NCBI RefSeq assembly: GCF_001644705.1
Contig: NZ_CP015137.1
Location: forward strand, 4,470,001-4,502,000
Source of the DNA: Dickeya solani IPO 2222
GTDB taxonomy: Bacteria; Pseudomonadota; Gammaproteobacteria; Enterobacterales; Enterobacteriaceae
Reading direction: 5' to 3'
Length of the DNA: 32,000 bases
In this document: positions 28,400 to 32,000 of the stretch, piece after piece
Position numbering within the stretch: the stretch's first letter is position 1
Layout of the letters: every line of letters begins with the position of its first letter
The notes under the pieces: model-generated
Databases searched by the model: none
The model's input: the letters and a program-made list of their open reading frames with translations, nothing else
What the model was told of the DNA's origin: nothing
Translations under genes and position numbers: made by a program

Positions 28400-30100
28400 T
28401 TACAGCGCTGGCGAGTGTTGCGGCAGGGCGACATAGCCATTGGCGGCCGGAGACAGCGTAGCACGCGGTGCGTCAGGTTCAACCGCCGCTTCCGTACCGG
28501 GCAACTGGAACAGGGATACCGACAGATTGAGCTGTTCGGTTTGCTCAAGCAACTGAAGGCAGGTGTGGGCAGAGGCTTCCACCTGCAGGGCATTTTGTTT
28601 CACCGTATCGTTGAGTGAACTGATACGGTTGGTCACTTCATGGACGCTCTGATTTTGTTGTTGCGAAATATCGGTGATTTCATTCAGGAACGTACTGGTG
28701 CCTTTCGCCGCCTGAATGATTTCCTGCAGGCTGTCGTTGAGGTGACCGACTAGTCTGGCGCCGGTAGCGACGCTGCTGTCCGATTCATGAATCAACGCAT
28801 TGATGTTTTGGGCTGACTGACTACTCTGCGAAGCCAGCGTGCCTACCTCGCGGGCGACGACCGAGAAACCTTTGCCCAGCTCGCCGGCCCGCGCCGCTTC
28901 AATGGCGGCATTGAGCGACAGGATATGCGTCTGGAATGCCACATTTTCAATCAGCGAGATGACTTCTGTCATTTCCTTGCTGCGACCGGAAATATTCTGC
29001 ATCGCGTTTCTGACGTCGCTCATCATGGTTTCGCCCTGTTCGGCGATATGACTGGTTTCTTTCGCATGATGACTGGCTTGCTCGGTGTACTGGGCGTTCT
29101 GCTCCAGATGTTGACTGATCTGGATAATGTGCTCGGTAGTGACCTTCAGCTCTGCGGACTGTCGATTGGCCTGTTCGGACAGCAGGCGATTGTCGGTGGT
29201 GACATGGCTGACCTGTTGCATCATGGTTCCCATACCCTGACGAACCTGGCTTATCAGGTTCACCAGACCGCTCTGCATTTGCACCACGCTGCTGTTTAGC
29301 AGCGCGATTTCGCGGGTCGCTCGTTTCTCTATGCCGATGTCATGCGACAGATCGCCGGATGCGATGAGCCGCAGGTGGCCGGTAATGCGCTTAAGCGGGT
29401 GAACGATCACCTTGTTCACGCCAATCCAGACCACGAGAGAAATCACCAGCAACAGGCCCAGAATAACGATGAACAGGGTGTGGGCGGCATCAAGATTATT
29501 CAACAATTGCTGAGCATGCTGTTTCTGACTGGCATCGTTTTCCTGCAGGTACCGGGCGTATTTTTGGGTAAACAGGGTCTGGTAAGCCTGAATGGGGACG
29601 GCAAAGAAAATATCGATTTCGTTGGTTTTTTTGATGCCTTGCGCCAGTTCGAGCAGCCCGTTATAGAGCTGCTGATAGCTGCTTTTGAGCTCGTTGAAGG
29701 CCGCGTCATTGCGAGCGGCGCCAGAAAATCGCTCCAGCTTTTGATAATACGCCTGCGCGTGGGTTAACGACTCTTCTGCTTCGGCCATCAGGCTGTTCCA
29801 ACTGCCGACCGAGCCGGTTTCTTTGTCAAACATCAGGTAAATGCCGGCGCGATTAAGTTTATCGCTGGCGTTCATCACTTCCATGCGGGCCTGATCCATC
29901 AGTGCCTGTTGTTGGCGCAGGGCTTCGTTGGCGGCGCTGTCCTGGCGCACTTCAGTCATGGTTTTCGATATCATCCCTATGGACAATAGCTGCAATAAGG
30001 AAAACAACCCGATGATTAGCAGCAAACCTGAAAGAAAACTCAGGCGGTACTGACGCAGTCTGCCCAGAAAACCGGAGCGTGACGGGGCGGATGTTGACAT
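28400..30100 (-). CDS. Methyl-accepting chemotaxis protein (two TM helices, periplasmic helical-bundle sensor, HAMP, MA domain)
   Basis: ORF 28400..30145 trimmed to the ATG at comp. 30098-30100 (MSTSAPSRSGFLGRLRQY..). TM1 is LSFLSGLLLIIGLFSLLQLL and TM2 is LFIVILGLLLVISLVVWIGV, followed by a HAMP region. The signalling hairpin is LSLNAAIEAARAGELGKGFSVVAREVGTLA. Start choice is moderately certain. Confidence 0.9.
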   Translation of the reverse strand: MSTSAPSRSGFLGRLRQYRLSFLSGLLLIIGLFSLLQLLSIGMISKTMTEVRQDSAANEALRQQQALMDQARMEVMNASDKLNRAGIYLMFDKETGSVGSWNSLMAEAEESLTHAQAYYQKLERFSGAARNDAAFNELKSSYQQLYNGLLELAQGIKKTNEIDIFFAVPIQAYQTLFTQKYARYLQENDASQKQHAQQLLNNLDAAHTLFIVILGLLLVISLVVWIGVNKVIVHPLKRITGHLRLIASGDLSHDIGIEKRATREIALLNSSVVQMQSGLVNLISQVRQGMGTMMQQVSHVTTDNRLLSEQANRQSAELKVTTEHIIQISQHLEQNAQYTEQASHHAKETSHIAEQGETMMSDVRNAMQNISGRSKEMTEVISLIENVAFQTHILSLNAAIEAARAGELGKGFSVVAREVGTLASQSSQSAQNINALIHESDSSVATGARLVGHLNDSLQEIIQAAKGTSTFLNEITDISQQQNQSVHEVTNRISSLNDTVKQNALQVEASAHTCLQLLEQTEQLNLSVSLFQLPGTEAAVEPDAPRATLSPAANGYVALPQHSPAL

Positions 30101-30183
30101 GACAATCGACTCTCTAAAGATAAATTGTCGCCAACATAACATCATTAAATGACTAAAATATTTCAGATATTTAAGAGGGAAAC

Positions 30184-30217
30184 GGAGGTTATGTTTGGTG
30201 AAAATACCATGACCTCC
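30184..30217 (-). terminator. Hairpin downstream of yciI (probable terminator)
   Basis: A 10-bp stem ggaggttatg (30184-30193) / catgacctcc (30208-30217) containing one G-U pair. On the minus strand it is followed by gtttccctctt. Confidence 0.45.
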
Positions 30218-30229
30218 ATCAATTTTGGA

Positions 30230-30526
30230 TTAAAATGCTTTTTTGAACGGCTTGATGCTGACAGACTCGTAGACACCGGCGGCGACATAGGGATCTTCGT
30301 TTGCCCAATGGCGAGCGTCTTCCAGCGACGGAAACTCGGCAATCACCGTTGAGCCGGTAAATCCGGCGGCGCCCGGGTCTTCACTGTCGATGGCCGGCAG
30401 TGGGCCAGCGGTTAACAGACGTCCTTGATCCCGCAGTGTTTGCAGGCGGGCGAGATGAGCGGGGCGGGCGGCCAGGCGTTTTTCCAGCGAGCCGGGCACA
30501 TCGGTGGCATAAATCACATACAGCAT
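30230..30526 (-). CDS. yciI: YciI-like protein
   Basis: The 98-aa product [42 protein letters not shown]...[11 protein letters not shown]...[21 protein letters not shown] has the same length as E. coli YciI and high identity. GAGG lies 6 nt upstream. Confidence 0.94.
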   Translation of the reverse strand: MLYVIYATDVPGSLEKRLAARPAHLARLQTLRDQGRLLTAGPLPAIDSEDPGAAGFTGSTVIAEFPSLEDARHWANEDPYVAAGVYESVSIKPFKKAF

Positions 30527-30678
30527 GGTAAACCTCGGTCTGTCAGACCATTATGAGACGGAACCGTCATCATACTCGATGATACCGACAGGACAATCCT
30601 TGTTACCGTCAGTCCGGTCGTGCGGCACGAAAACTGATGCGGATTGGAACGCCCCATACGGGAATTGATCGGCTTCTA

Positions 30679-30707
30679 TTGAATATGATTGTCATTTGCA
30701 TTTAAAC
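30679..30707 (+). promoter_or_regulatory. tonB promoter with overlapping Fur box
   Basis: TTGAAT (30679-30684), a 17-nt spacer, then TTAAAC (30702-30707). The spacer GAATATGATTGTCATTTGC (30681-30699) matches 13 of 19 positions of the Fur consensus GATAATGATAATCATTATC. It is nearly identical to the E. coli tonB promoter as I recall it. Confidence 0.7.
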
Positions 30708-30735
30708 TTGCGCGGTGAGAGGACATCATATAACT

Positions 30736-31476
30736 ATGCCGCAGAAAACATTTTTCCTGACCCGCCGATATTCATGGCCTATGCTGGTTTCCGTGGGTTT
30801 TCATGGGTCATTGATTGCAGGGTTGCTGTTTGCTTCATTTAATACATCAGTCAAGCTGCCGTCGACGCCACAGCCGATCCAGGTAATGATGGTCAATACC
30901 GCACCGGAGGAAGCTGCACCTGCTCCGGCGGCAGCGCCCCAGCCAGAACCGGAAAAAGTGCCGGAACCTGAGCCGGAGGTCCAGCCAGAACCGCCGCCGT
31001 TGCCAAAACCGGTTCCTGTCCCGCTGCCGGAGCCTAAGCCCCAGCCCAAACCTAAGCCGAAACCCAAACCGGTGAAAAAGGTAGAGCAACCGAAGGAAAC
31101 GCCGCGTGAAACCGCGCCGCAGCCGACGGCGACGCCGTCGACCAGCCAGACAGTCAGCCGTAACGCGGCACCGGTCAGTCAGGCGCCAGTTGCCAGCGCT
31201 CAGCCCTCGGGGCCGAGACCGTTGAGCCGGGCCCAGCCGGAATACCCCGCTCGGGCGTTCGCCTTGCGCATCGAAGGCCGGGTTAAGGTACAGTTTGATG
31301 TCGATGAATCAGGACGGGTGGATAATGTCCGTGTGCTGTCGGCTGAACCTAAGAATATGTTTGAGCGGGATATCAAGCAGGCCATGCGTAAATGGCGTTA
31401 TGAAGAGAGCAAACCGGGGAAAGATCTGGTGGTGACGATCATCTTCAGAATCAATGGCGGCGCAGCGATGGAGTAA
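30736..31476 (+). CDS. tonB: Energy transducer TonB
   Basis: ORF 30715..31476 trimmed to the ATG at 30736, because the GTG at 30715 would sit at the predicted transcription start. The product has an N-terminal anchor with [17 protein letters not shown], a Pro-Glu / Pro-Lys repeat spacer, and the C-terminal domain [20 protein letters not shown]...RKWRYE. Confidence 0.9.
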   Translation: MPQKTFFLTRRYSWPMLVSVGFHGSLIAGLLFASFNTSVKLPSTPQPIQVMMVNTAPEEAAPAPAAAPQPEPEKVPEPEPEVQPEPPPLPKPVPVPLPEPKPQPKPKPKPKPVKKVEQPKETPRETAPQPTATPSTSQTVSRNAAPVSQAPVASAQPSGPRPLSRAQPEYPARAFALRIEGRVKVQFDVDESGRVDNVRVLSAEPKNMFERDIKQAMRKWRYEESKPGKDLVVTIIFRINGGAAME

Positions 31477-31496
31477 GTCCTAGCCGGTTGACGTTG

Positions 31497-31532
31497 AACA
31501 ATTAAGGCACCGCCAACGGTGCCTTAATTGTT
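31497..31532. terminator. Long bidirectional terminator between tonB (+) and yciA (-)
   Basis: A 16-bp perfect stem aacaattaaggcaccg (31497-31512) / cggtgccttaattgtt (31517-31532) with loop ccaa. A symmetric bidirectional terminator is known at this position in E. coli. Confidence 0.75.
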
Positions 31533-31537
31533 TGTGA

Positions 31538-31571
31538 TTATTAATTGTTTATGGTTATTAATTGTTTATGG
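31538..31571. repeat. Exact 17-bp tandem duplication abutting the yciA stop
   Basis: ttattaattgtttatgg occurs at 31538-31554 and again at 31555-31571, followed by a partial third copy ttatt. The core ttaattgttt also forms the end of the terminator arm at 31525-31534. Confidence 0.9.
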
Positions 31572-31994
31572 TTATTGTTCAGGCTCGAAGTGGCTTTTCC
31601 CTTCCGGCAATTCGCGCGGTCGGCCGTCTTCGTCCACGGCAACGTAAGTAAACAGCGCTTCGGTAGCGCGGTAGCGTTGGCCGATAGGGTCAGTCGACAC
31701 CTTTTTCACCCACACTTCCACATTAATGGTCATCGAACTGCGGCCGGTACGAATGCACCGGGCATAGCAGCACACCACATCGCCGACGGCGACAGGTTTG
31801 AGAAACGTCATGCCGTCAACCCGAACGGTGACGACGCGACCTTCTGCAATCTCTTTTGCCTGGATGGCGCCGCCGATATCCATCTGCGACATCAGCCAGC
31901 CGCCGAAGATATCGCCGTTGGCATTGGTGTCCGCCGGCATGGCCAGCGTGCGTAGCACCAGTTCGCCGTGAGGTAATGCGTCTTGTTTGCTCAT
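31572..31994 (-). CDS. yciA: Acyl-CoA thioester hydrolase YciA
   Basis: The 140-aa product with GELVLRTLAMPADTNANGDIFGGWLMSQMDIGGAI...VVCCYARC...EVWVKKV is collinear with E. coli YciA (hotdog fold). The start at 31994 is inside the window. Confidence 0.94.
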   Translation of the reverse strand: MSKQDALPHGELVLRTLAMPADTNANGDIFGGWLMSQMDIGGAIQAKEIAEGRVVTVRVDGMTFLKPVAVGDVVCCYARCIRTGRSSMTINVEVWVKKVSTDPIGQRYRATEALFTYVAVDEDGRPRELPEGKSHFEPEQ

Positions 31995-32000
31995 AGGGTC

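Noticed and set aside
30101-30183. FliA (sigma28) promoter upstream of the MCP
   Set aside because: The best candidate, GGCGACAA, matches 6 of 8 positions of GCCGATAA. The expected TAAAGTTT element 11 nt upstream is not present, so this is not reported as a feature.
30149-30352. 67-aa plus-strand ORF between the MCP and yciI
   Set aside because: Most of it is antisense to the well-supported yciI, and its start region is the yciI terminator hairpin.

Overview
This window is conserved Enterobacterales core chromosome. Protein sequences and gene order look like a soft-rot Pectobacteriaceae genome such as Dickeya, but that assignment is an inference. I support 29 protein-coding genes, one tRNA and one riboswitch. 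Left block: pncA (partial), ansA, sppA, ydjA, topB, a ynjH-like gene and xthA. A junction follows, holding a tandem glycine riboswitch in front of a UPF0126/YicG-type membrane protein gene. Right block: tRNA-Tyr, purU, ychJ, rssA, rssB, galU, hns, tdk, adhE, ychE, oppABCDF, yciU, clsA, yciY, a methyl-accepting chemotaxis protein, yciI, tonB and yciA. Several ORF-track starts were trimmed by homology and Shine-Dalgarno (SD) position. Two genes are absent from the track: pncA, which has no stop in the window, and yciY, which at 58 aa falls below the shortest ORFs listed. I see no CRISPR array, IS element, integrase, phage gene or defence/toxin cassette, and no evidence of a new multi-gene system. 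The items most worth a second look are small. They are the glycine riboswitch with its unusual first aptamer and unresolved expression platform, and a 19-bp tandem repeat that creates a cascade of ATGA-coupled mini-ORFs in front of yciY. The others are a gene-less ~600-bp tdk-adhE spacer with decayed reading frames, an SD-preceded 17-codon hydrophobic mini-ORF antisense to the tRNA-Tyr trailer, an MCP occupying the E. coli kch position, and the absence of selD between ydjA and topB. All homology statements come from remembered E. coli sequences, not from a database search.
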